Origin: Anthoceros angustus
Lineage: Eukaryota > Plantae > Anthocerotophyta
DNA: 64,000 nucleotides
NCBI GenBank assembly: GCA_010909165.1
Contig: VJWM01000187.1
Coordinates: 372,545 to 436,544 of the forward strand
Direction of reading: 5' to 3'
Within the stretch, counting starts at the first letter, position 1, and each line of letters begins with the position of its first letter. The translations under genes were made by a program, and so were the position numbers. Under the pieces are notes generated by a model that saw only the letters and a program-made list of their open reading frames with translations, searched no databases and was not told the origin of the DNA. Shown in pieces: positions 23,959 to 37,498 of this stretch.

Positions 23959-24340
23959 TCAATTCCACGAGCTCTTCCAAACAAAAATTCCCACTTTGCA
24001 AAACCATGCGGTACTATAACGGATGCATGCGGACGCAAAAATCGGTAAGTGCTCTTGGCGTACTCACGCCACATTACATGCGTCGGCAATGCTCTTGAGC
24101 GAGGCAGTTCCCTCGAGATCTTCTGGACCATGTATATAACTCAGCGGTGGCCGTGGGGAGCTTCGGATGTAATTTTTGTTTTCCGAGGCACTCACGGCTT
24201 GAAAGACTCTCGCACTTTCCTTGCGCATTTCGAGCACAGAACAAAGCAGTCTTTGCAAAAATCCTTGGGCGGATAGCTTTGGGCCAGCGGATTTCCTCGG
24301 TCTGTGACTCGTCATGCAGCCCTCATTTCTAGGAGGTCCA
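23959..24340 (-). pseudogene. TFIIB-like copy c, 3' half (split by Gypsy-1 insertion)
   Basis: GPKLSAQGFLQ..; LKSIADACNVA. Joins 43562 at ggaggtcca|ccaacttccc, compared with the intact sequence at 22060-22085. Confidence 0.8.
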
Positions 24341-24535
24341 GGTCCAGCGCAAGCAGCGTGACCTCGCAATTTGCCTACCAGCCCTGCTTACAAAGCTAAG
24401 TCACTAAACACACTGCGATCTCCTTGGCCTTGGCCGGGAGCAACAATCCTAGCCTTAATTGTCCTTGGCCTATGACCAAGGGCAAGGCTACAAAAGGTGG
24501 GTCACTTTAAGAGGCAGGCCCGAGGCACGGGCAGG

Positions 24536-25155
24536 TGAATCAAGCTGGAAAATTCTCCCAACGACAATGCAAGCGAACCACAAGAACCTCTAGGAGACAA
24601 AGACACGGCGGGGACAGTATGGTGTCTATTAGAACAAGACAAACATCAACAATCCAGAGAATCCATGGTGCCTACATATATAGGCAAAACCCAGAGTTCT
24701 CGATGAAGTGTCCACCGTGTCGATGGTGGGCACTTTATAATCCTACTTTCCTTGGCCTTGAAATAATAATATTTTATGTTTATGACCTATTCGTCCTTTT
24801 CCTTGATTTATGATTTTTATGTATTTTCTAATATAAATCTATCTATATATCGTCATTAACCGCGCCTTACATGCATACCATGCATAGATAGCATGCCATG
24901 ACACATCACACACATGTCCACATACATCACATGTCATCCTTCATCTCCATACGTATGCATACATGGCACACATGCATACATGGCATACATGTCATGTGCA
25001 GGCCATCCATGGGCCATGTACATGACATCATCAAGCACTTGACGCCGGGGCTTATGCGAGATGCTCGATCGATATCTAGTCATTTGATTGGGGCTTATGC
25101 CGGGATGCTCTAGTATATCCGGTCATAGAGTCTTAGGTGCTCTGTTTCCCATACG
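24536..25155 (-). repeat. LTR of Gypsy-1 (3' LTR)
   Basis: Close copy of 42925-43545. TG...CA-type ends; minus-strand TATA at ~24668-24675. Confidence 0.85.
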
Positions 25156-25399
25156 ACATGGTGTCAGCGCGCCCGTATGCATGCCTACCTGCTCTACAAA
25201 GCTAAGTCACTAAACACCGCACACTGCGATCTCCTTGGCCTTGGCCGGGGCAACAATCTAGCCATAAATTGTCCTTGGCCTATGACCAAGGGCAAGGCTA
25301 AAAAGTGCCTAAGAGAGGCCGGGGCCAGCAACCCACAGGAAACTTGGAGGCCTAGCCACCGGTTTCCCACAAATTGTCTAGACCATCTTGGCCTAGAAA

Positions 25400-28300
25400 A
25401 CAAACAACTACTTACCACGTCCCCACCAGCGAGCGTAGCTTGTCCAACAGCGGTGGTTACGCGAGGAGGAATGGCGTCATCTTGAGATCCTCATCATCGA
25501 TGGGTCTTCTTGTGCCTCACCTTAATCGTAATCTCGGCGGCTTGAATCCAGAGAGATCAACTGTTCTTCCACAAAGCGCTTACATGCATCGATGAAAGGG
25601 ATGCCATCACATCCGGCATCCATGTCTCATAAGCTTCGTGTTGGATAATTGTAACTTCGAAGTGTAGATGTCTGTGGCGAGCCTCACGAGCAGTTGAAAG
25701 CATTCTTCTCCTCTCGAGTCCAAGCCGGATCAACATGAGGGGTCCTCAATTTGTTGGTCGAATGTAGCTGAGGCCACCTACCACATGATGCCTGTCCGGA
25801 TGGTGGAAAACTCGAAACCACTCTTTGAGAAAAATCAAGCGGCGAGGGTATGTGTCCCCGTCAACGAATTCTGGCAACCTCATCCCATCAAACCATTGAT
25901 GCATTTGGAAGTGATGCTGCAACTTCCTCCATGCACCCTCGCTTGTCGGGCCAGTGGCGCTTGTGACCCGGTGGAGCTCAAACAAATCCGGTGTTCCTGG
26001 GATAATGCTCCACCCTACTTTCATGATGCTCCTCAACTGATGAAGATGTGAAGCTCATCATAACTTCCTGGAATACCGTTCGGTCATCTTGGCGGAGTAG
26101 AAGATGCTCCACTTACGCATCTTCATCATCCACGAGGTCCCATGCCTCACAAACCTTGCTTGAGTTGGCGGTCACACACACGGAGGCACGTTCCAGACCT
26201 CCTCGCTTGTTGAGACCTCCTCCATGGCTGAGAAAAGGTGCAACCACAGAATTTTTTCACGGCGTCTGGCGACAATCATGGTGTACAGGCGCTGCGCTCC
26301 TTGCTCAGTGGGCGGTTGCTCACTGCTCACGTGCGAGGCGTGGTGCTCTGCTGCATCGACCACCGCTCCTTGATTGGGACCTTTCTCCCAAACTCTTGCG
26401 GCTTTCCATGTTCGTAGGATGCTTGCGTGATCGTCCCCTCTTGCGCTTGATTGGTGGCACTTCCTCTTGGCCTTCACCTTGAATGTGGATAGGGCAAGAC
26501 TTTTCGCCTTCTCCTATGCACGTGTGACGGACCAGGCGCTCCCCATCCGCTCAAGCAAAACCACCTTTAGAAACACGGTGAGGAATTCTCAACAGCTTGG
26601 TTCTGTGCATGCATCGATATCCTTCGTAGCTCTACCCGCTCCTTGTTTCGGTCGAATTAGACCCTTGTCGAAATCGATCCTACATGCCTCATAATCCTCT
26701 CTTCACAATTCCTTGCACATGAAACGGCTTCTCAACAACTCTGTCGCCCCTTAGCATGTGCGATCCCATGAATTTGGCCCCAAGCATCTTGTGTCCTTCT
26801 TCAACTGCTGCACATCAGCTTCTTTGACTTCCAACGTGTGTGAATTTAAGACAACCATCGGTACCACCTTCAAAGAGCCACGTTCACACTTAGCACATTA
26901 CGGTGCTCACATAGCCATTCTCCTTCGGAACCCGTCTTGGTTTGAGGCAAAGCAGATGGTAACCACGTTACACATAGCAACATGAATTCTTAAATGGGTT
27001 GTGTGCCCACACTCCTCCGGCAACTGCTGGTGGCGTCAGTCGAGGCATTCGTGTATCCGGTCGGGCAAATGGCATGGAGCCAAATGCTTCATGTGTTCCT
27101 TGCACCTTCGCCATCTCTTCCTTCAAGTTCAACCACACCTTGCTCACCAACACAACTCTCGATAAGCCTCCTGTCAACATCTAACGTGCTTGCGGGCTGT
27201 CTTTGCAAGTACGTAATCTCGGATGCAAACTTGCGGGCTTTGGGCTTCCACGAGCCCCAGCGTATAGCATACCTGGTCCGATCTTTGGGCCAAATTGTCC
27301 ATAGCCATGGGAAGAATTCTTTGAAATACTTACGCTCGGCTTGAACTGTCCAAGCACACATTTGCATCTTTGCTCCATCAAGGATGGAGTAAGTGTCCTT
27401 CACCACATTCGGCAACACTGCGTTGCGTCCGAATAACAAAAGTATGGACTGAAACTTCCAAGAGGCTTGCACACCCACGTGACCCCAACACGATGTAAGG
27501 AGCAATTCATCCCAACACTTGGGCTCCACTGTCGGATTTCCTTAGTGCATCCTTGAAGGTTTGCACTAGCCTTTCGCGGGCCATCGGCTGTGGATGATCC
27601 TCGATGTCCTCCACAGTGATCAATGAGACTCTGCCAGCAAGGTCTGAATTCACCTCGAAACTCGTTACCACAGTGCATGAGCACCTCTGCGGCTCCCAAA
27701 TCGGTGAGCACACTGCAAAAGCTCTGCGGTGTATGCGAGGTTCTCAGTAACGCCACTTCAACCCACTTAGAGAAATGCTCAATCATGACCATGCAATGTC
27801 GGTTACCTTGCTTTGTGAGGAAGCTCGGCATAAGGTCGACCATCTAAAAATAGCCCCACGATTGGTAGGGGTGCAACACCACATCACAGGTGTTAAATCT
27901 GCTTTGAGCATCACATGCAGCACTTAGCCACCACCTTCTCGACATCGCATACATCCACGGCCGCGTACTCTTCAACATGTGGTGTGTCCTCTTCACACCA
28001 AAGTGGCCAAGGGTTTCGTGCACCTTGGTCACTATGCCCACTCTTTCCTCGGGACTTGGTACTTTCCTTACGAGTTCTCCTTGTGATGTGCTCACCATCT
28101 TCCCATGAGTATCGGCCGCGCCTTGAGTTTAGCCAAGCTGCTTGATCATTCCGGCCTGCCTTCCTTGACAAGCAGGCTTGAGGATGTCTCCAAACATCCA
28201 GCGGACTCTGTCGGCACATGTCCTTCTTCATGATCATCTATCACGGCCATGAGTGCCATGAAGCTGGGTGCACCATCTGTGCCCCTCATCTCGAGCTCTG

Positions 28301-31300
28301 TGACATCCTTGTCACTTTCCGGATTTATACGCATTGTGATGTACCTTGCACGCCCTGCACGATCTCCATATCGTACTCGAGATGGCGGCCGCCCCAGCTA
28401 GCTTACCACTCAACTTCATGTTGGTCATGATAATGAAGTGGCTGTGATCTGTGACCGATTAAAACGCCTTCCATACAGATAGACCACGAAATGCGAATCG
28501 CCCATACTGACAAGACACTCTCCCTCATATGAGGAGTAGTTCACTTGAGTTGTTAGATCGGCTTGCATAAGCTATCACTCGCTCAACACCATCGCACCAT
28601 GTTGTGACAACACGCTCCAATTCCGATGCTCCTGCATGAAAGGGTGATCAAAATTCGGCTGGCCAACATAGGCTTCTCGCCAGCGGTCCAAGATCTTGCC
28701 AAGCCAACTCTCGGTCTTGGTCCCATTTCCACATGTCTTTCTTCAGCTCATACAGAGGTTTACATGTGGGCGAGGTCCTTCATAAACCTAATAGTTCACC
28801 AAACCCGGAAGGCTCTAAGAGCAGCTACATCCTTTGGTCTAGGCATTTGCATCACTGCACCTTAGGTGAGGCATGATGCCTCCTGGTACTATCATGCCAG
28901 ATCGTCTGGGAAAGCAAACTTGCATTTCTTAGGATGAGCTTTCAAACCCGAGGACCTCGTAGCAATATCTCTAGATGCTCCATATGTTCTTGATTGTCTC
29001 ATGAAGACCGGATATCATCTATGTAGCAACGCACAAATGGCGACCTCGATCATTCTTTGGAAATATATAGAAGCATTTTCTTCAGCATTCTCCCACTCCC
29101 AAAGCTGGTCCTTCCCCAGGTGTCTTGCACTTGTCCGCTCTTCAATCACAATTTGGTTGAAGCAGCGAAGTCCAAGGCGTAAAGAACTTTGCCTTACCTA
29201 TGGCATCGAAAATCTCGTCAGTAGGCATGGGCGTCCATAGGAGTCACCTCGTTTAGAGGTCGGTAGTCGCCACACATCCTCCTGTCCTTCCATTCACCGT
29301 TCTCATCCTTCTTGAGGTAGGGGCCAGTCCGACATATTGAGAGCTTGATTTTCTTATCAACCCGCTCAACAACTCTTGACGTTTGTCAACAATCTCCCAT
29401 TCTGCGAGCGGCGTGCCTCCTTGAAGACGGCTCTTCATGAGTCGTCACTACTTGAACTTGATCTTCTCATACCTACCCTCCTTCCAACGAATGCAAAAGC
29501 ACCCTTGTGTTTTTCTCAAGCATGTTGATGATTTTCTTATCTTCCGGCTCACATCTTACGCAATGTGCCATACATGAACCTCTTCGTCACACTCTTGGTG
29601 GGCGATTCGGTATCCACGGCCATCTTGAATCTCTCCCTGACTCATCTTCCTCTGCCTTAGGAACCTCTTTATCCTGTAGTTGGAGGAAGGCTTTCGCTTC
29701 CCTTGCACGCAAGTTGGAATAAACTGTGCTTACCACACCTCGGGTAAGTCAAATGCATCCAAGCATCCCTTGCAGTTACATGCCCATGGTGCGAGTGTCC
29801 TTCTTGGCAAAGCCCATCGCTTGCTCGCGTTCCTCAACATTGAGCTCTCAAGCTCATTCCCTTCAAATCCGAATCACACCATCTCCTCCCGTGCGAAGGC
29901 ATAAGATTGCGGTGTGCTCACGAGTTGGCCATGCCCTTCGGCTTCCCCTACTCGATTCACGGGGTAAAATGGCAACTTGTCCATCCTCTTCACTGAGCAC
30001 CTTCCCAACTCTAGGATATCATCCACAACCTTCCGGAGTTGTCAAATTCTGTCTTTGTCGAGCACCTCCGGTCCAGCCACATTTGTCCGATGCTTCTGCT
30101 GTGTGCATATGAGCCACGCGTCCATGATCAACTCATTGCGAACCACGCCCGAATCTCTTCATACAGGCCCTAACGTTTGTCCATGGACACACATTCTCCG
30201 AATGTACCAACATCGTGGATTCGCAATCTGGACTTCTCGCGTGATTAAATGCGAGCTCGGCCAACACGCCTTCACCTTTGCCTCACTGCTGTCGAAAATG
30301 TCTTGCATTCCCATCCGCGATCGGATATCCACGGGCTTGACAAGGCTTCTAGCGCGCTTCCCCAGCGAGTTCACGCAGGCAGCTGCTCGGCGCCTCGGCG
30401 CTTCCGCTCGGTAGTGTTGGATCTTGCGAACACGAATTCGACCCTAGCGCGGAATCTTCTCATCCTTTTCCACGCAGTATATTGCCGTATCTTGACGCCA
30501 CGCAACACCGCTTCGCCACTGCGATTCTGGCGAGCTCCAACAAATGGATGCCTTGACCCACCTTCCATCGTACTGAGCCGTCGATCGTCGATCTCCGACT
30601 TGGCGGGCCTCATACAGGATCGACCTCTCGGGACATGTGTCATGAGATTCCATCGATCCTCCTTCCTTTGGTTCTCTCGAACCTCTCGCTTGATCCAAAT
30701 ATTACGGCGCACAACCTTAAGCACACCTTACGCTCTCTTGGCATCTCCGGAGAGGATAACTCCCGTTTCCTCCACATCTCATGTCGATGCTCACGAGACC
30801 GTGGCAATCATGGCGGCCCGTCATCCTCGTCTGCTCTTGCCACCACTCCTATTCATCCTTAGAGGAATTGTGCAACATCGTGAAATCTCCTCTCCACCGA
30901 ATGGTCAGCAGAAAGCGTGCAAGGGATCAACCCCATGGCGGGACGGTGAGTTCCGTCACCCCAAGACATCATATGTCTTTGCGTGACCAAACATCTCACT
31001 TCAACGATGCCGGCATCCTTCGTGTGCTTCAATTCAATCTTCACGGGCCTCCTCGTCATTCCCGGTACATTCCTTGGTACTGCGGAGGTGGTGATGTTCA
31101 CGCGTCGCTCGGAGCGAGCTTGTGTCCATCTGACTTTAGTGCCTCCTGCACCGTGCTCCCAGTGATTGGATCCGCTCCACGTGTCTACAAGTCGTTCTTT
31201 GCATAGCCATCAAAGGTCACGTCCGTGTTATCAATCATGGCAACACCTCCTTCACCGCTCCTCGCATCGATGCTCGCCACACAACCGCCATACTAGGGAG

Positions 31301-31371
31301 AGATCCCGCGATTCAAGCTCCTTTCGCCATTCTCGCATGATGTTTTGAAGGTTTTCACTCCAAGCCATCAG
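25400..31371 (-). pseudogene. pol: Gypsy-1 pol: protease, RT, RNase H, integrase, possible C-terminal chromodomain (frameshifted)
   Basis: RT: MPTDEIFDAIGKAKFF, KAHPKKCKF. RNase H: NYSSYEGECL. Integrase: HETLGHFGVKRTHHML and MVMIEHFSKWVEV. Weak chromodomain-like VVCFLGQDGLDNLWE at ~25350-25410. Confidence 0.88.
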
Positions 31372-31949
31372 AAGTCGCTCTGCCTGGGGCCTCTCGACGC
31401 CCATTGGTTTTTTTCGGTAGTGTGTGAATTTTAAGAAAGAGAATCAACTTTGGCCATTATTTTACAGATAGTAAATTCATTACAATATAGTAGAAAACAT
31501 GCCAAGTGGGTGAATATGATCTACCATCAAGGTGGAAAAGAGCACTAGAGTAGAAAACATGGCGACCAAGTGAATACCAAAAGGCCTAGTAAAATCGCTT
31601 CTAGTAATCCCACCAAAATCGCTAACTGACAAAAACATTTTCGTTAAATAATATTCATGCGGATCCGTGATATACAAAACCAACAAAGAACCCTTTTCTT
31701 TGCGAGTGATATCCGTAATTGCATGAAATAAATTCAACTAATGAAGAGTAAATACCAGATAGAGTGAACTCGCTCAACAAGAAACCTACAAACAAAACCA
31801 AAATTAGCACCCAAACCGTAATTACGCTGCTACTAGTAAACACTAAAATAAAAACATTGATACTCACCTTATTTTGGGAAATTTATCGTACAATTATATT
31901 GAAAATGTAATTTTCACACCACTTGGCTTGATTGGTACTTGTACATTAT

Positions 31950-34900
31950 CATAATTGGCAACCAATTGATGAAGCCGAGGACTTGGACGAAATTGACCAT
32001 CTTCCCAAGGTCACAACCTAAAACAACACAACCATTAATTTTCAATCTAGTAAACCGATTAATAAAAGCATAAAGCTTACCGATCCCGACGGATTTTCGC
32101 AGATAGCAGCTTGAAATATCTCGAGGCACATCCTTCTCGCCTGTGTCTTTCCCACCGTAATCTCCGAACCTCTTGCCGCTCTTTCCGCCGCTTGCTTGAT
32201 GCTTAATATGCTCTTGTCTCCTCCGCATTTCTCCGCCTCAATCTCAAGGGCTTTCTCTGCTTAGAGACTCGTAATTCAACCGCCGCCTGCTCTCTATAAG
32301 TGCCTCCAAATCCTTTTGAACTCCATTTCGTTTCAATTTGTCATTCTCCACCCCTGCTTGGAGATCCGTGCTCAAAGCCACTTACATTTCCATTTGCAGT
32401 CACAGGCTGCAATATATCCAGAGGTGCTACCACAGCCACACTTCTGTCCTGGTTAACTTCAGATGACTGATCACACTCACTCTGCACAATGCCCTCCAAC
32501 AGAGGGGCCACTGCATCAACTTCCCTCAGGGCTGTATCAATGTTGAAATGAGGGACAGTAAGCCTGCTTACACTAGTCGAAGGATTCACAATCTGCCAAG
32601 AAGAACACAATCAGGAAACTCCAAAATGAATGAAAACAACAAACAAACAGCCAAAGAATCAACCTTGTCAACATATGGAATTTGAGAACACCGTTGGTCC
32701 GCTAGTATCCATCCGGATGCCTTGGCACTTTAAGGTGCCCGCCAATAAAAACAAGAACCAAGATGATTAAAAAACTAACATGGCAGACTACAACAAAGCA
32801 ACTTCACAATACCAACGAACTTCAAGACACAAGTGGACCACATGGTGCAAAAACTAGTTCCCCAACATTGTTCGTGGTCCGCTTTCATGATGAATAAGAG
32901 GGGCCAGAGGAAAGACCGACAAATCAACAAGTCGACACGTGATTATACACAAGTCCCTACATACTTGACAAATCTCAAACACTTACATTACTAACGTGTT
33001 GCACTTGCAAGGGACGCGATCAGCCGACTAAAATACTATTTCGAGTTACATTCAACATCTGGAAGAACACCCTTAAATCATCCCGCATCCGATTGAGTTC
33101 TTCATTTAAAAGCTCGATAAGATCGCTGCTCACTGTGAACAAGAACTCTTTGTACTGTTTTGCTTGACCGAACGGCCATATCTCGCAAAACATATGAGAA
33201 CGTTAGGAACGCATACAAAGACTCAAATGTCACAAGCTTTCACAACATATTACCTTGAAAATCCAAAGATCCGCTTTATGGCCAACACACTTCTCCCAAA
33301 GATCGAGGGCACCGAGCCATCGTCAAACGTAATCAATCACGTTACGGCAGCTCTTATTGGTGTAGCCAGCCAAGCCAGCCCATGGTCTTCATAAATCTTG
33401 ACAGCATTCCTTTTGAAACACGAAGTTTTGCATACCAAGCGAACAAAAAACAAGCTTAGTAAATAGAAACCACAAAACTCAAGCCCAATAAACCAAAAAC
33501 TTACATTGATCTTGGGTTATCAATGGTTGAATTGAAGAGAAACCCCGAATTGACAAATTGTCATGTGCACCACTTGGGAGAGTGATCAATAAAAGGTTTC
33601 GATGACGCCCTTTCGTAGATCTTGACCTTTTGACTAAATGCTCACTGGTAGTTCTTCATGTCCACTTTGTAATTTTTGAATGCCGCTTCATACGCAAATG
33701 AAGACGAGCTCAATACATCAAAACATCAAACAAAAAGAAAACAAAAGACTACACCCATCGAACAAAAGGTCCACCGAATATGCAAATGAGAAGTCCCTAA
33801 TGAGCAGTTATGTAACTCTTCACCACCTCGAACCCCAAAACCCGGTCATGCAAAAATATGCACACCGAAAACAATATAAGCATAAGGGCTCGTTTAAGAG
33901 ACCATAAATGAACAATCAAAGTGCACCCCAAAACCAACAATATTACCTTTTGAGCCCCCGCCCAAATGAGCATTGATGATCTCGTGAAAGAATCACGCTC
34001 ATCATCGTAAATCAACTTCACCTCTTTTCGACATGACACAATCCCAAGGTCCTTGCCGATTTTCATGGACGCAACCACGCTCGGGACCCATGGAAAATTC
34101 CATGAAACATGTTGATCATCGAACATCGTAACCAAGCCGGCTTTGGTTCAGATGCACTTTGTTAAACCGTTAAACCACGAAAGAAAGACATCACCGCACA
34201 AGTGAAGATCAAGAATCACCATGTGAAGGAAAGTCGAACTATCAAAATCAACAAGTAAGAAAACATCACTACTTACGCTTCGGAGAAAATCTCCTGTTGT
34301 CCTTGATTCGAACTTGATGGAAAAAGGGTATCGAATAAGATTTAGATCCTTGTGAGGAATATCCTCAACAGTATCCATCCGACCCACTCACTTTCATAAA
34401 GGCCCCGAGACTTGACACCGCTTATTCCGCTTTGACCTATCCTCCCCACCACTCAAAGCATCATCATTCCCCTCTCGACGACGGTCAAATCCGCTCAAAA
34501 ATTTCTTCATCATCAATTTCCTCCATACCCATGGCAAAGTCATCTTCGGGACCGCACACTTTAGCCTCTCAAACATATCGAGCACTTCTTGATCGTGGAT
34601 GACTCTGTGGTCGAACCAACAGTATGGAAACGCCACAGAAAGCATCTGCTCAACCAGACACAAATTTCTAGACTCAGAGCTTTGGCGACTCACAACCATG
34701 GGATCGTTATCAAGAAATCATTCTCCCCACAACCGGACCTCTCTCTCGACATCGGGACATAGTTAGTAATCTCCAAGAGGACCTTCAACCAATGCCACAG
34801 TGTCGAGTGTCCACCCTTCTTCTCTTCTCGACAAACTCACCGCACGTCGAGCATCCTTCTTGGATGAGAAGTGCCTTGGGTTTAGGAATGCCTCTTTTGG

Positions 34901-35072
34901 AACTAAATATGTTCCTTCACTGCACCAAGACACCATCAACTTTACCATCATCCTGCGGTGGATGAGTTGCAGGAGGACGGCCGACTTGACACTGCCTACA
35001 ATGCTTAGCCATGACTTCGCCGTGGACCCTTGCTTCTTTCCCGTCCAGAGCCCAGTGGGTTTCCTTTGCCAT
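31950..35072 (-). CDS. Multi-exon tyrosine recombinase (Crypton/DUF3504-like), copy 3
   Basis: gttggccataaa gives V.GHK. Also TNKSCR, FDDGSVPSIFGRSV, QYKEFLFTVSSDLIELLNEELNRMRDDLRVFF and WNFPWVPSVVASMKIGKDLGIV. The 3' end is approximate. Confidence 0.85.
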
Positions 35073-37475
35073 CTCGCAAAGAAAAGCACCAGGTGATCAA
35101 AACACAAAAAACATTTGAACGTTAATGAACTTGCAAACCAATATGAAAAGACTTACATGGAGGTGAATGCTTTCAAATGAGAACTCAAGGGTCTAAAAGT
35201 TGATTATACCACAATCGAAAAGAAGGATGTGGAGATATTGCAGACACATCCTTTGATCTATACATCGTTAGATTTTGATCCCTCCATTTTAAGTTAGAGA
35301 AGAAACTTCCATTTTAACAAACCCACATACTTCAAACACTCTTTTAATAAATATTGATAGATAGCCCCGACACAACCGAGCCTTGATCATGACACACCAA
35401 GAAACACAGAATTTCACACTGTGCAAATAGTTATCCCGAGACAGTATGCACTGAATAGAAAAGAAATTTCACACGATGACAAATTTCACCTACAATGAAA
35501 TGAAGTTTAGTGAGGTGCAGACATTTAATGTCAAGAACAAAACTGAAAACAAGGAAAAGGTGTAAACATCTCTTACTAAAATCAATTCACCCTAAGAATT
35601 TTCATGGGTCTCAAACAAAAGGAGAAAAAGTTAACAACAAAAGATCGAACAAAACATAGCAGAAAAGAACCACGATTGGAAGCAACACCAACCATACCGA
35701 GATACAAACCACGTAAAACATAATGCAATAAACAAGAACAAAAGTCAAACATAAACACAAACTAACATACATCACAGAAAAGAAAGTGACTACAAGCGAC
35801 ACAAAGATCGATGAAAAGACAATACATGTAAGCAAAGACGACTAAAAGTGATCACCTTCCAAATACGATATAAACAAGAAGCACATCAAGACAAAAAAGC
35901 AACGACAACGATGACAAAACAAATAACTTAACCAAGACAAATACCTTTAAAATGTTTTGCAAAGGCAGATGCATAGAACAAGCTCTTTCCGCATGAAAAA
36001 TAAGAGCATAAGTACAATCGAAGAACACACAGTTGACGCAACACTTTAAGAGATGAAGCATCACAAAGACAGAGATTACAAATCGTCAGAAGAGCTGATG
36101 CCTTGTATCACATAACGAACAATGTTTATACACAAAGAAGAACAATCGAGACATAAGAAAAACAAATACACGCTCGAAAAGACACCCGATAAACAGAAGA
36201 CACGTGAGCAAACGAGATAAACACAAGTTAAAACAATGACTTATTGAACAAGATATATAGAAAATGAAACAGATGAAAACACAAGACACACAAAGCATAA
36301 GACATTACAACGCATCGACTTCATGAGCGTCTGAAAAGTAACGACGCAACAACAAGCATAACACATTAACATGAAGCAATACCACAAAGAAAAGCAACAA
36401 ATCAAGAGCAACATAGTCACACAAAACAAAGACTCAACAAGACAACAAGTGATGCAAAAGCAACACCAAGAGAGCAAAATGAGACAAAGAAATGCATACC
36501 AAAAAGACATAAAACGATAGCGAGAGAAACAGCAAGGCAAACAATAAACAAAAGTCAGAACACTTATAGTCAAACGCATGAGAGGTTACAAGACACCTGC
36601 CTTGACAACGACAACGACAGCAAAACCCTTGTCGAACAAAACAACAATAAAAGAAACTAATAACAGAAGACCTTGGCCAATAAAGCAAAGCAAATATAAA
36701 AGAAAAACACGGCAAAGCAAGATGAACAGATGTCAAGCTAACAAGACAAAACAGAATCAACCGAACATGAAACACAACAAGACGAGAAACGCTAAGACAT
36801 CTAAAACAAAGCGCTAGAGCTGACCTTAAAGCAAAACGCGAGCACCGGCCACGCAACAAGTGAAACCAACCGCGGACAAAGCAAGAGAAAAACAAAACAG
36901 AAACAACCTAAATAACGTAAAAAGGGACATAGAGAAAGAAGAAGAGAGACCTGACAAAAATGACCTAAGGTCACAAGCAAAACCCTTGGCCCTAAAAACA
37001 ACAATGAAAGAAACCTCAACAACAAAGAAGACCTTGGCCTCGGACCGAAAGCATAAAGCAACATAAAAGAAACCAAGGAACAACGAAACCAGAGCTCCTA
37101 CCGTCAAAGCACATCAAAATACTTTGAAACGGACTCAAGACTAAAGAATACCGCAAGCTAACAAGAAAAAGAATCACCGACATGATGCAAACACCACAAG
37201 ACGGGCGCAAAAGAACGCAAGGCAACTAAAAGGGCCTAGGAGCGGGATGGACCTTAGAAGCGCCTGACAAGCGAGCACCTTGGCCCGGACCGCAACAAGT
37301 GAGAAACCCTTGGCCCTCGGACAAAGCATGAATGAAACTTGAAACCTGGAAATTGGACGCCAACGTGCGAGGGACATAGAGAAGGGAGTAGAAGGGAGAC
37401 GCAGATGAGGAAATGAGAAGACGCATGGAAGGTCCCAAGACCACAGCAAAAGACCAAAAAGGTCCGTGAACCCGC

Positions 37476-37498
37476 TTATATAGGCCCCAAAACCCTAA
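37476..37498 (-). promoter_or_regulatory. TATA box plus telo-box, copy 3
   Basis: cttatataggccccaaaaccctaa. Confidence 0.6.

Noticed and set aside
21700-24340. Tandem ~2.2-2.5-kb unit as an integrated circular ssDNA (CRESS) virus or CACTA transposase remnant
   Set aside because: No Rep (HUH/SF3) or transposase motifs were found; the coding content is explained by TFIIB.
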